Below, in pieces: positions 1 through 13,536 of a stretch of 64,000 nt of DNA. Below the pieces are notes generated by a model. That model searched no databases and was not told the DNA's origin. It saw only the letters and a program-made list of their open reading frames with translations. Within the stretch, counting starts at the first letter, position 1. Every line of letters starts with the position of its first letter. A program made the position numbers and the translations under genes. This DNA comes from Podarcis pityusensis (Eukaryota), in NCBI GenBank assembly GCA_964106645.2, contig OZ067048.1. One strand, given 5' to 3'.

Positions 1-1611
1 GTAAGTGTTCTCTTTGACAATAACTACTTAATTATCTGCCATGTGCATTGCTTTGGCTAAGAAGTGCCTTGGCACAAGAGCTTCAGACTTAAAACTGGCT
101 ATTGATACTGTGCTGTTGTTAAAATGACCTGTGAGACTTTCCTGTGCTTTAACTCTGATGCCCTATTTTTGGCCGCAAGCTGTGGTATGCTTTCTCCATT
201 GAGGCTTCCAAGCCTCCCATTAAGGCTACAATCCTGCCCACATGGATAACTTCTGCTGAAGTAACTGGGATGCACACTGGCATACAGACGGGGACAGGAA
301 GGCTGCCAACGTTTTTCAGGTAGACTAAATTCCCAATTTTCTGTGGGAAGTTTCAAGCAAGGGAGCAAGCTGCGCCCTGTCCATCTTTTTATCTGAATGT
401 GGCATTTCCTAGAAAAGTCAGGCTGGCAGCAGAATCAAGGCAGACCTGCTGGAAAGCCAAACAAAGTGCTTCCCATTCAAAAGTTTCTATTTATTCATTT
501 AGGATCTTGCTCTGTGCCAGTCTGCTAGCCCTCCCCTAGGCCTACTTACATATGCATCCCCCTGCTGGGAAACAGTAATGAGACTCTTTCTGGGTACCCT
601 ACTGTTTCAGCTAAAAAAGAAATGGAGAGATTCCTCCTATCCCGAACAAATGACTATGCAGAGAGCATGATCCTGCACAAACCTTCCGAAAGGAAGCAGA
701 CATGTATTTTGGTAGCTTCTTCACTTCTCCCTCCTACTTTTCCACGAAAGCACTATTTTGCCGCCGTAGGGATAAATTTCCCTGACTTGCAGTGAAAAAT
801 CAGTTTGTACTTTGCTATGTGTTAGGAGCAGATTCGCCATTTCCTGGACTGATCCATTCCAGGTTTCCAGCAGAAGGATGCTTTAAAAAAAATAAAAATC
901 CTAATTTGGGCCACATGTTGCTGGTGGTGATTTGGAGTTTAGGAGGGAGGGGGAGAGAAGGGGAGGTATGTGGGGTGGGAGATTGTTGTGGGGGGGGGGA
1001 GAGGGAGGAAGATGATGAAAAGACCAGCACCACAAGTGAAGCACATTACCAGCCCAGAGTGGAAAGGGCCGGAAGGAAAACCCACCCACCTCACCCTGCG
1101 TTTATTCTATCAACCTGCAATTGCAACAATCAAAGCCAGATGTCGGCTCTTCCAGATCTTTCTCACAGGACAAACATGCGAAAGGCCTAGGGCCTGGCGT
1201 TGCCATCAAATGGTAATTGATACCATATGAGCCACGAAACAGAAAAAGCACATGCAAACCACCCCCAGACCCGTGAGAGGTATGAAACGGCAGGCCCCGC
1301 TGAGCTGCTAAGTGCACGGTGCGCCATGGAAAACAAGTGTACATAGCTATGGTAACCACCTGTAAGTCAGAAAGACCAAAAAAGAAAAAAAACCCTCATT
1401 GGCAAAGACAGAACCCTAGAGGATAACAAGAGGTTAAAGATCACGCAGGGTTAATGAAAAGGGTTGTTTAGCACAGCAGAAAATGAATGCAGGTGTGAGA
1501 ACGATCACAATGGCTGTGATGCTTTCTGGTCTCACATGCCTCCCCACCCTCCCCAATTCTTTCATTGCAACATGTTCTCCTGCAATTGCCTTATGCTAAG
1601 CACGGGGAACT

Positions 1612-1649
<38 letters not shown>
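1612..1649. repeat. (AAT)n microsatellite
   Basis: About 12 AAT units. Confidence 0.97.
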
Positions 1650-1650
<1 letters not shown>

Positions 1651-2789
1651 GGTATTTATTTATCACTTCCCATACCCCCAAAATTTGCAATGTTAAAGAC
1701 TTTAAAAAAATAAGTCTTTTTAAAAAAAATAATAACAACAACATAATGGATTCATTACAAAGAGAATGGTTGCAATGCTCATTCTAAAACCTTACTGATG
1801 TCCTTGTTTCAAGCAAACATCATGGCTAAGCCAGCTGGAGAACTGGTGTTTTAAAACAAAGAAGTTTGCTTGGCGGAAAGAGCAATGTCTCCCCACCCCC
1901 ACCCCCCGGCGTAATATATGTGAAAATTGTGTTTCCCCTTGTTTGGATGAGAAGCACTACAAGCCACTGTGCTCCCATATATTTTACACCAATGCAATCA
2001 AGCAGAAATATGCGGAGACTGCTGCACATTCAAAAGTTGCCGTTCAAATGCTAGTTTTTTAAAACCACAGCTCGTTCGGAGGTGAAATGTTGAGACGCAG
2101 ACCACACCACCCATCTGCTCCTCACTATTTGTTCGAATTCCATCACCAATCACTTCTATACAAACAACAGCCTGATTCTAAACATACCCTAACCATTAGT
2201 AGTCTTGATTTCCCCCCCTTATCCCACTGTATATTATATCCTAACTCCACAGATCAAGTAAACTTAAAATATTTTCCAGATGGAGCAGCTAAATTCTACA
2301 TTTTGTGAACGCCCAATGTTAAAAAAAGGTCAACTAAATTAAAAGAGAAAGAAATGCAACATGATGTCATCCCCATGCAGCAACGTTCGTTCTAGTACAG
2401 TAACAATAACAAAACACACACAAACACACAACAAAGGCCCTGAGTAGCACCTATTCACATTTCTGTCCCCACTCCACTGCACCCTAGCCAGTGCAGTTTC
2501 CAGAATTCGTTTCTGGAATCTTATGGTGTCTGCTACAGTATTTCAATTAACACATCTGCAAGGAAACAAAGTACAGATGAGATCAGCCATGGTCACAGTT
2601 AGCTCCAAAGCCGGAGTTAGTTGAAGCCTAATAAACCAACTCTTGGGTCCCCTGTCTCTATACCTACCCTCTCTCCAGTCACTGGAAATGTAGAGCTCAG
2701 CCAATTTTGAGCTAGCTAGCTAGCCCTATCGACATTACTTGGGTGACCTCCTTGATTGACTTAGGGCTCCAAGTGATAGGTGTTAACAG

Positions 2790-2955
2790 ATCATAGAATC
2801 ATAGAGTTCTATGTAGAGTTGGAATGACCACAAGGGTCATCTAGTCCCAACACCCTGCAATGCAGGAAGCTCAGGTAAACCATCCATGACAGAGGGCCAT
2901 CTAACCTCTTTAAAAACCTCCAAGGCAGGACAGTCCACAACCTCTCAAGGGAGGT
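2790..2955 (-). mobile_element. CR1 LINE 3' end fragment
   Basis: CR1 terminal repeat (tcatagaatcatagag on +). Minus-strand peptide RFLKRLDGPLSWMV resembles the CR1 ORF2 C-terminus. Confidence 0.85.
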
Positions 2956-3574
2956 TTGGAAAAAAATACTCTTTCCGCAAGACCAGGTTTCAAGACTCCT
3001 ACTAGTACAAAACCCTGTACAAAGCAAACAACCATTATCTTTCCCCCCAGCCATCATAGTCTCTTCTTTTTTAACTCAGAGGCTGCATGTTTCTCCATAT
3101 GCTGCAATGCAACGATTGCAATGGAAAACAATGGTTACTGGAAGAAGGAATTTCCTGCATGGGTTATTCAGCTGGAAGCTGCTTGATGATAGAAAAGGAC
3201 GTGACAAATGAAGGATATGCTTAAAAGACAGAAGTATTAGCAAGATCAAAAAGTAAATAATGGAAGAAAGAACAGGATTTGCATTAATACCACAATTTCT
3301 AAATGGTTGTCCAGCACCTAACAGCAGCTTGCTTAAGATTTTTAGGTGTATCACAAAGATGTAAAGAAGCATGTAAGCGTAGAAGATAGATAGCTATCTT
3401 CTTGATCCAGAAGTAGGTTCTTCGCCAAGATGGAACATAATTGAAGGCTAACACTGTAAAATGTTTGGGTACCACTAGACTACAGAGAATGGAACTACAA
3501 ACAGGAGTGGGGGGAAATATTTGAATGGCAGAATGATAGTGAGAAGTGAGATTGGACTTCTCACCACACAAAAA

Positions 3575-3823
3575 AGAAGAAGAAGAGTTTAGATTTGATA
3601 TCCCGCCTTCCACTCCCTTTAAGGAGTCTAAAAGCGGCCAACATTCTCCTTTCCCTTCCTCCCCCACAACAAACACTCTGTGAGGTGAGTGGGGCTGAGA
3701 GACTTCAAAGAAGTGTGACTGGCCCAAGGTCACCCAGCAGCTGCATGTGGAGGAGCGGAGACACGAACCCGGTTCCCCAGATTACGAGACTACCGCTCTT
3801 AACCACTACACCACACTGACTCT
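3575..3823 (-). mobile_element. tRNA-derived CORE-type squamate SINE (Squam3-like), full length with (TTC)n tail
   Basis: Minus-strand head gtgtggtgtagtggttaagagcgg (A box) and ccgggttcgtgtc (B box), CORE-like body, and GAA repeats on +. A closely similar copy is at 37456. Confidence 0.85.
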
Positions 3824-4530
3824 CCAAGCACCTGAGTTTGCAGTGGCCTACCTTCTAATAGTTCACAGATGAAAACAGGATGTTTGTGTGTTCTTCTAAC
3901 ACCGGTGCCTTTTGGACATGATGTTAAAGCATAATTTTGCACCGAAACAAACCTCAGTCTCACACACTCCCCCCACCTGCAGCAGCACAGCTGCTAGGGG
4001 GAGATCACTTCCACTTGTGTAGATTCCCGATCTGTTCAAATTCTTGGGAACACCATCTTATTCAAAACATCCAGGATCAAACCATGGTTTACAATTGCTG
4101 AGTTCACATGTAACAGGGAATAAGAGCTAATTTTAAAATGGAATCAGATGCTCCCAATCTTGTTGCAGCCCTGCCAGTGGAGGAGGCGGAAGGTTGGGAC
4201 ATTTAAGCCTGAGGCTCAGGAAACTCGTTTCTATAGTGCTAAACCATATTCCACACTCCATACCACTTACACATTGCAGACAGCTGGACAGATATACGCT
4301 GTGTTAATTAAATCTGCCTATCCAACACTGCTTTCTAAAACGGGTATATTATAAACTGAGTTTCCTTTGTTAAAAAACACCCAGCTTTAAAAGGCTTAAT
4401 ATCATGTTTAATCAATACAATTATTGCATTTCCTATACAATACCAGTAACTGAGAACATGGTCACCTTCCCCGCAACATCTTGATAAGGGGTATGTGTGG
4501 TATCACAGGGACAAGCGTCTGGATTTAGAC

Positions 4531-4651
4531 CAGGGGTTGGAAATCTATGGGCTCTACCTCCCAACAGCTCCAGCCAGCATAGCCGTTGGTCAGTGATGAA
4601 AAGGATTTGGAATCCAAGAACATCTGGAGGGCAACAGGTTCATCAGCTCTG
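4531..4651. mobile_element. Degenerate hAT-type MITE
   Basis: CAGGGG...CTCTG ends, internal aacatctggagggc motif shared with other copies, flanks atttagac/gtttagtc. Confidence 0.65.
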
Positions 4652-4959
4652 GTTTAGTCAAGAAAGAACATCCGGATTTTATCACTACCTGGATCTAGTC
4701 GCGTGACTGAAAAGCAAAGATAGTGCTGCACTTCTTTGGTGGGGGGGAAGAGACCACCCCCATAGCGTATTATTTTATTGATATTCTACCTTTCAGAACA
4801 CATATCCTCCAAGCCAAAGTACACTGGATTAAAAAAACATATCCTGCAAAATATAAAGAATAAAACACAGCAGCCAAAGCAAACAACCAGCCCAAAGGTG
4901 ATAGGTCTAATTTGGCCTTGAAGAATTAAAAAAAACACACACAAATTCACCTCACATCT

Positions 4960-5235
4960 AAAGACTGGAAGAAATCAGTCTTGGCAGGGGTCCCGAGGAA
5001 CTGAATTCTAGCATCTGTAGGGCCACAACTAAAAAGGCCCTGTATCTAGCGCCTACCAATGACACCTTCACCAACGACAGGACATAGAACAGGACCTGAG
5101 TGGTCTTGGATACATTCATACAGGCGCAGGTTGTCCTTTGAATAGCCACATCCCAGATTATTTAGGGCTTTAATGGTTAATACCAGCACTTCAAACTGGG
5201 TCTAGAAATAAAGTGGTAGCCAATATAACAGGCAC
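4960..5235 (-). mobile_element. Old L2-clade LINE fragment
   Basis: Minus-strand ARYRAFLVVALQ resembles the L2 ORF2 C-terminal RAFSVVAP.LWN motif seen intact at about 5840. Confidence 0.6.
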
Positions 5236-5336
5236 AAAATAGCTGTAATGTAACTGTTGAGCTTGCCCCCATCATATTTTGATCCAATTGTAGTTTCATC
5301 TTTAAAAGCAGTGTTGGGTAGAGAGTATTATGCTGC

Positions 5337-5505
5337 TTTTAAAGCATCAAACAGTCTACCACCTCCTCAGGCAGCCTGTTCCACTCTGGAACAGCTCTTA
5401 CCATTAGGAAGTTTAGCCAAAATCTGCTTCCTCACCATTTCCGGCCATTAGGAGTGAAAGTGAACATGTTTGCTCCACCTCCTATATAACAACTTTTTAG
5501 GAATT
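5337..5505 (-). mobile_element. Old CR1 fragment
   Basis: ccacctcctcaggcagcctgttccact...acagctcttaccattaggaagtt is the typical antisense CR1 3' ORF2 pattern. Confidence 0.65.
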
Positions 5506-5690
5506 TATTTATAACAAATATTTATACGCTGCTATTCATAAAATGCGTCGGGGAGGTTTACAACACCCAGAGGGCTCCCCATCAGTGCACTAGACGAAAG
5601 ATACAGCCGTTTCCCATTTAGAGATTTAAAGTTTAGGGTCTCAGTGGAGAGGACAAAGACTAGAACTTTAAGTAGAGCACCTCTGATGTT

Positions 5691-5692
<2 letters not shown>

Positions 5693-5725
<33 letters not shown>
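5693..5725. repeat. (CA)n microsatellite
   Basis: About 16 CA units abutting the L2 5' end. Confidence 0.97.
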
Positions 5726-5726
<1 letters not shown>

Positions 5727-5727
<1 letters not shown>

Positions 5728-6075
5728 TAAAGGAGCGTCTCCACCTCCATCATTCTGCCCGGACACTGAGGTCCAGCGCCGAGGGCCTTCTGGCGGTTCC
5801 CTCGCTGCGAGAAGCCAAGTACAGGGAACCAGGCAGAGGGCCTTCTCGGTAGTGGCGTCAGCCCTGTGGAACGCCCTCCCACCAGATGTCAAACAGAAAA
5901 ATAACTACCAAACTTTTAGAAGACATCTAAAGGCAGCCCTGTTTAGGGAACCTTTTAATGTTTAATAGGTTATTGTATTTTAGTGTTTTGTTGGAAGCCA
6001 CCCAGAGTGGCTGGGGGGACCCAGCCAGATGGGCGGGGTATAAATAATAAATTATTATTATTATTATTATTATTA
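5727..6075 (+). mobile_element. Young 5'-truncated L2-clade LINE with (TTA)n tail
   Basis: Encodes LKERLH..SARTLRSSAEGLLAVP...RQRAFSVVASALWNALPPDVK...FRRHLKAALF (one frameshift), followed by a 3' UTR and TTA microsatellite tail. Confidence 0.88.
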
Positions 6076-8314
6076 GCCACTTACATACTCAAATGGCATC
6101 TAAAGTACAGTCAAGGGATGGGGTGGAGATCGCATTGATTATCGAAAATATTTTTAAAAAAGAAGAAGAAGAAGTAGGTTCAGATATGGCTTTAACCTGT
6201 AAGAATTGTGGAAGGAAAGTTACTGAAGAAATGGAAGACAGAGAATAAGTAGGGCCTACAAAGGAACAGTAAAACATCAATAGTTTCTCAACAGTTATTC
6301 TGTTTCACGTAAAGCTACAACCCTGTTAGGTACACAAGATGTGGCAGGAATAAGGTAGGTCAAGCATGAGAAGGAAATGTAAGGTGAAAATGATGTGCAG
6401 AAAATGAAGGAACAAAGGGAAGACATGCAAGCAACAGTAAGGGTTGATACTCAAAGGGGATGGTAATTCCACAATCCCATTATTTCAATAGAAGTCGGGA
6501 GGAGCTTGGAAATTCAGCACCAGCTTTTGCATGGGGGGATTTTTTTATTATTATTATTTTAAAGTGCAAAGGAGAAATGATGGAAGACAGAAATAAAAGT
6601 GACGACAAAAAGAACAAAGGTGCCATTTGGCAGAAATTCAGGGGTGGCTGCCATATGTAAATTCTAAATCACATTTAATTTAAGCTAGTATGTCCCCAAG
6701 CATTTTTTAAAAAGGGCTCCCAGTAGAGGGAGAGAAAAGAAAGAGAAGCAATTCATGTGTTTTCCTTTCATTTCCTCTCAGCTATATGGAATTTCTCCTA
6801 GCCAGATTTACTGAGAACCATTTTGTGTTTTCAATTTCTACATTCTGTTTACAAATACACATGAATGCAGAGAAGGCATAAGACATCTGCCCAAATTCTC
6901 TTCCATGACTTCTCTGCAAGAAATGAACCTTAATTTGAGGATTTTTTCCCCAGTCACTATGGTCATTACCTACCTAGTACAGCGTGATCAAGCAACTCTC
7001 AAGGAATATACACTTCATTAATTAGATTTTACCAATTTCTGTGAAACACCCCCAGCAAATTCCTACTAATCTTGTTTTCCATACTACAAACACTGTCATT
7101 CACGATCTCCCTCTCTGATATATCATCTGCAACACTCATCTAAAATCAAAGGAGTTGCATTTTTCTGGCTCAGATAGTGTGAAATATCACTAAAATAATG
7201 GCATTGAGTGCCAACTATAAAATACTAGATGTACCTTTCCCACAGAAGCACTCAATAAAACAAAAGCAAAAATCCAGCCTGCAATCTGAATGTGTAGGAT
7301 AAATTACTGAACACTTCTTCAAAATGCTTCATATGAAATTTTTATTTGCATTGTAATTTTACGGTGCTAAAATTAAATTTGTCAGGCGATTGGATAGTGT
7401 GTGGAACTAAGAGAGATATCCAGAGGTACTATACATGTTGATCCAAGAACAGAGAAACTGGAAAATCATAGAGAAGGTTAAGATATGGAAGTATCTTAAC
7501 ACTAGGTCACAGTAAAAACAGCCTTCTCTTGTCTTCAAAAAAACAAACAACTATTAGCCTAAATCCAACTCAGAGGTAGACATACTAAATCCATTAGTTT
7601 CAATAGAACTAAACAAGCCTAGCTAGATCATTAAATTCTTCAGGATGCTATGGCACAGCTATCATAACGCACATTTCCACATTTATTACAATAAACATCA
7701 ATGTATCTTTTGCTAGGCCCGTCTCACATACGCGAATTGCTTCAAAGTGCCATATGGCAGCTGAGACATTTAATTGTACCTATGTAGACTTTTAATTGTA
7801 TCTGCCCTATATAGAAATGTTTCTTCAACTTTAATGCCAATATGATTTTTGCATGCACATAATCTATGGGCTGAGTTGCATGGCGTCCTCACAGTGGCCC
7901 TTTAAACTGTGTGTGTGTGTGGGGGGGTGTTATTGTTTTGTTTGTTATGTATTTTTGTGTTTTTATACTGTAAACCAAGCTGTGATTCTTCGATGAAGGG
8001 TGGTATACAAATAAATAATTATAATAACAAAAAAGTCCTGCTGCAAAATTCTGGCCTGAGAATTTTATTAATGTTAACATGTCAATAAGTTTAGCCTTTT
8101 ACGGATGTTGACATTAGGTGACTAAGTGGGTGGGGGGAAATCTCCATGTGATGAAACTGGTTGAGGAAACCCACACTAAAATGTTCAAGGAAACGTAATT
8201 TGTGAATTTAGCTGTGGATGCACACTTCATCCCTATCATTATGTGAACAATGGAAGAACACACAAAAAGAAGAAAGGTAATGTGTGTTTTTTCGAGTAAT
8301 TCATGGAATACAGG

Positions 8315-8753
8315 TGCCTGGTTCACATGTCACACTAAACTATGGCTTAATGCAAACATGTGGGCTCCTAGATATAAACTTTGCTCCTCCCTAGTTCTTT
8401 TTGTTGCTGAGCTGTGCTGAGCTAAACCAAGGTTAGGCTTAGCATATCATCTGAACCTGGGCTCATAGTTAATCTGGAGCAGGCTTCCTCAAACTCGGCC
8501 CTCCAGATGTTTTTGGCCTACAACTCCCATGATCCTAGTCAGCAGGACCAGTGGTCAGGGATGATGGGAATTGTATTCTCAAAACATCTGGAAGGCCGAG
8601 TTTGAGGAAGCCTGATCTGGAGAGACTGCGACCAATGTTTGTTCTTGGTCTGGAGACAAAGCAAAGTGGCCAGGTTCACCACTCCAGGAACCTGCGCATT
8701 TGACATTTTCATTAAACCAAGGTTTGGCTTAGCACAATGTGCAAACCAAGCCA
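8315..8753. mobile_element. Older non-autonomous DNA element (aaaccatggtt-rich family) hosting the 8480 MITE
   Basis: Termini ggttcacatgtcacactaaac / ggcttagcacaatgtgcaaaccaagcc. Similar in inverted orientation to 17098-17811. Confidence 0.6.
8480..8614. mobile_element. Palindromic hAT MITE (135 bp) with perfect 8-bp TSD ATCTGGAG
   Basis: TIR caggcttcctcaaactcggcc / ggccgagtttgaggaagcctg. TSD at 8472-8479 and 8615-8622. Confidence 0.92.
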
Positions 8754-11700
8754 ACGTAATGTCAGGCGGCTATTGGTTACTGCTGCTTGACTAGATTCCT
8801 GGAAGTTAGTCAAAGTTAGCACCTACAATCTTCTCAAGCAATTCATGTAAACTACACAACAGAAGGGAAATAGGTGACAGCAGCTTCAGGTGCAAAGACA
8901 CAATAAAACTACAAGGGGGGAAATGTTTGGTTTTTATGTCAGAGGAGATGTCAGTACCCATTAATAAATCTATCTGCTAAATCTACTCTTATTCATGAGG
9001 GACATCACTGAGTTAAACTAAAATAAATTATCTTAATTAAATGGAATTGTTGTCTTCCTCCCGCTATCATTCCCAATTATTACATCCTAATCAGTCCTTT
9101 TGGGAGAAAGCACGAGAAAAGGCTGAGAGGTACATTGCCTATAAACAATTTGTCTCTATGTCAAGAGGTGATTTTTTAAAATTTTCGTTAGTTGGGCCTT
9201 GAAATGCATCCTGTCCTTCATAAATGGGATCAAAAGTTTAAAAGGGTATCAGTTCAAAACAGAAAAAGGAAAGCTTTCTGTGTCATCAGCCAAGCACTAC
9301 TTCCTCTTAGGCCACTCCTACAATTAAAAGCCTTGAGCAAGGCAGAGGCAAATAGGAAACATGCAAATCATTTGTTTAAATGAGAGCTGAAGGATTTAAT
9401 TTTGACCTGAACGGCAAGGTAATGCAACACAGAATGCGACCCTTTGACCACAGCATAGAAAGAAGGCTAGGAATAAAGTTTCAGCAAATTTAACAATATT
9501 GCGCTCGAGGCCAAACCATTTGTGCCTTAGTCTGGCAATATGCTAAATTGGGATATTATGTAAAGTAGATAAAACAAAACACACCACAGCTGGTCTATTA
9601 GAAGTATGTGGATTCCATGTATCAATGCATCTAACCACTTAGAATCTTAGGACTCAGGCGTTGTCTATGCCAGACCATTGCAAAAGACAGATTCCCCACA
9701 CTTAAAGCCATGTGTGATACTCATCTAATACATGATGAAAAACTTCCAGAAAAGGAAATTCCACAATGCCTTTGGGCAGTCTGCTCCATTGTACTAACAT
9801 CTAGGGAGTATTTCCTAATATTCAGCATAATTCCCTCCTTCTTTGGTGCTTTGGTTCAGCTTGACCCCATAGCTTCTTACATTGTACTCACAAGTTTCTC
9901 TTTCGCATGGCTCCTTTTTGAACATTTGGGAAAAAACCTAACCATATCCTGGCTTTTCCTTTTGCTATACCATCTCATTCATTTGTGACCAAAAACCTAC
10001 TGTGATAGATATGAGTTTGATGAAATTGCTGTAAGTTGCCATGAGCCAACAGGATAGGAGAGGGTTTAAGAATAATAAACCGATGGATGGAAACTCTTCA
10101 TTGCCTTTGCTGTTTTTCTCTGAGGATGGAATTATATGGTACAAAAATAAAGAAGGGGGCTGCTGCTAAAAACAGAAGCCCCCACGTCAAGTTCTGTCCT
10201 CCCCTCTCTCCATGTTGTGTTGTCCAACTTACTTCGTGTCCTGGCATCATTATGCTAAATGTTGCCTTGCCTTGCTCCTGCTCCAGTGTCAGCTGCTAAA
10301 AGGCTGACCCTCAGAACAACAGCACTGGGGCATGAAATAAACTGAATTACATGCTACAGAGGGAGGGAGTCTGACACGGGCTGCCATTTCCAACCGCACA
10401 CCCCCACCCCCCATTTCTATGTAAACAGGAATTAGGGATGGGGGAGGAATTAGATTCAGTTTGCATTTAAAGGTAAAGCTACCTGATTTTCACTTCCCCA
10501 AACAATACATGAACCAAAACACAGGCATCCTTTGAAATTCACACTTCTCTGAATTTTGCAATGCAGTTTTCCAGCTGAAATTGACAGATTTGGCCACCCC
10601 TAGTTGGGATAGACCTTTTTTTAAAACGAGCACTAAGCCACAGAAAACGGGAGGGTTTCAGCTATGTTTAAGATTTGGATTCATTAAAAGTTGGTATTCA
10701 GATCAAAAAGGAGGAATTGGATGTGCAAAGGATGCAGATGAACATTTCCCTAGACTTATCTTAGAGCATAGATGAAGCATTCCACACAGTGGTCACGGCG
10801 AGAATTTTTGCTATCTGAAAAAGTTGTGAAGGTGTGTAAGTACGCTTGCTTTCCCAAAAACGATTTCCTAAGAAGGAGCAACTGCCTTTAGTATACAGTA
10901 TATGCAAATTAAGTACATTTACAAATTAAGTCCACAATGCCTCTACTTTGCCATTTATTCTCAAACACAACTTGGGTATGTGACAGCAGTAACTGGCCTC
11001 ATCATTCACACTCCCAAAGGAATGAGTGGAGAAGAAAGGAAACAGAATGGGTCTTGGGAAAAGAAAAGAACGGAATACATAAAAGCTGACAAAAGATTCC
11101 TGCATTGCAGGAAGTTGCACTAGATCACCCTTGCGGTTCCTTCCGGTGTGGCTGCACAGGTGTTGACGCATTGCTCTCTTGTCTTCCCAATGCTGTGTGT
11201 TGCTGTTGACTACTGAAAGAGAGGGGGGGGGGGGCAAGGCAAAGAAGCTTGGATCTCTATGGGTGCACTGCAGGTTCAGTGTCAAAGTAGCTCCACCACT
11301 GCACCTGCACAACATCAAGCTCCCATTGCCTGACCTCTCACCTTCTCGGTAAGTGGCGGCAGTATATGGTGTGGGGAAGATGGCAGAGCCATGCAGCCCT
11401 GCCTGTGCAGCCACACTGGCCATTGATGTTCCTAGTACCCATCAACCTATTTTACTACAGTCAATGTCCAGGATTCAAAAATAGACTTTGCCCAAACAAA
11501 ACAATGACGTTTAACAATAAAATCACTGGTGACCATATAATGCCATGGAAAACCAGATACAGAAAGCCAAGTTGTTATTAGGTGGGAAAGGAATGAAGCA
11601 TCTTGGAAAATGGGGGCAGAGGGAGAGACACACTGATATAAAAAAGGCAGAGAAACCTCTCAATATTTGGATGGAAGTGAGAACTGACTTTAGGAGCATA

Positions 11701-12639
11701 GTGACACTTAGAAACCAATGGAGTAATCCAGTATTTTTACATAACTGGGTTTGGATACCTGCCCCCCCCATCCCTCCCCAAAAAGGGGTTTCTACCAAAT
11801 AATCCAATAAAGACTATTGGTCATGGAATGCTGCCTGAATGTAGTGGGGTGAGCAAGATGAAAAAGCAATGGGGGGCGGAATAAGGAGGTGGAATGGTTA
11901 AAACCCCAAACAGAAGCACTCCAGTCTGTGACATGTTGACAAAGGGCCCCTATATGTCTTATTATAATGTAACATAGGAAAATAATTCTAGATCAAAATG
12001 ACAATAGCAGCAAAATTTCCTATAGCAGGGGGATAATTCAAATTCTTGTTTGCACCAAATGTTGTATGGTTTGCTCATTCATTAGTTAGAAGGGTACTAA
12101 AAGACGTCTTTACAATTACTGAGATCACCTTTTTTAAAACAATAATATTCTATATGTAATGAAGTTCAAAACACTGTCAATGAAGGTGGGTTGTTTTTTT
12201 ACAATAAATGGAGTAAAGACAGCAACTGTATTCTGATTTATTAATCCAATGTTCCTTTTAAAAATTAATGTTTTCCAGGGCATTGAACTGTTTTTATTTA
12301 CTGTGGCTTTGAATTTCCGCTTACAGAAGTTTGAGAGAGAAACAGAGTGAAAGACAGACCACAGCTACGCAAGCCTGCTGACTTCTTATAAAAGGGCTAG
12401 TTTTAAACTTGTTTACACAACTGATTCCAAATTAATTCAAGATGGTGGCTAGTTATGAGAAAAAGACCATAACAGGGATTTTGATTAAAGAACTTAAACT
12501 CAGCCATGTTCAATTGACCACTAATATAGGAATTTTAGCTCCTCATTAGGTATCCACCTTCCCCAAACATTCGCCTTCCGGATGTTTTGGACTACAATTC
12601 CCATCAGCCCCATCCAGCTGGGGGAAGGCTGGTCTATAA

Positions 12640-13220
12640 CTTTTGCAGTCAAGATGCAAATAATCGATTGAAAATTGTACAATTCTGCATTTACCTAAAT
12701 TGTGGGGAATAGCATCAATTGTTTGGCATATTATCAATGCACTGGTTTGATATACCTAATATTTAATTGTGCTTTTCAAATTTAAAACAGTGTCTGGAAT
12801 AAAGCTGAAAGTTTCCCAAGTTGGTTTGACGAAACAACTGTACAAGGACAGTTTCCTACAATGCAGAAGTCCCCATTTAGTGGGGACATATGTACATACA
12901 GCGTGGGATTGCCCTCTGGTGAAGGCCTTCTTGGTACAGGTTTTTCAAGCAGTGAGCACCATAACGGACCAATGGTCTCCCCAACTGGCACTCTTAACTT
13001 TGTTCAAAAGATTCAGACACTTGCTATCTGTGGCATGGAATATAATAGCTTGTAACTGCATGACATTTCAAGGGATACCTTTTGGGTGAATGGAAGCAAG
13101 GAGTCTGGGAAGCAGCCACTTTGGAAAACTTAACTAAAAAATTAAGGGTAGGTAAGGGCCAGAAAAAGACAGAATCAGTATGGGCTGCAACTGTTGATTT
13201 CATAAGAAAGTCTTGACTAT
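12640..13220 (+). mobile_element. Degenerate L1/Tx1-type LINE ORF2 C-terminal fragment
   Basis: Peptide QCRS...GTYVHTAWDCPLVKAFLVQVF resembles the L1 CCHC knuckle region (C..C...GT..H..W.CP.V..FW). Confidence 0.6.
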
Positions 13221-13502
13221 GGTCACTCACCATTACTGATATATGTTCGACTATGGGCTTCCTAACACAGATCCCAGCTGCTCTGAAAAGGAACTTGTGT
13301 ACAATTTTTATTTAATTTGTAGATTTCTGAAATACATGAATATACTAATTGGTTAAATATTTGTCCTTCATGCCCAGTGGCAGTGTACTATTTTCGTCCC
13401 AAATCTGAGGTTAATGTCATATATATAATATACATCAAGTAAAAAACTCTAAAATGCAAAATCACACTCATTAGTACAATGCTGAAAATATTAAGGAAAG
13501 CT

Positions 13503-13504
<2 letters not shown>

Positions 13505-13534
<30 letters not shown>
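13505..13534. repeat. (GT)n microsatellite
   Basis: About 15 GT units. Confidence 0.97.
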
Positions 13535-13536
<2 letters not shown>
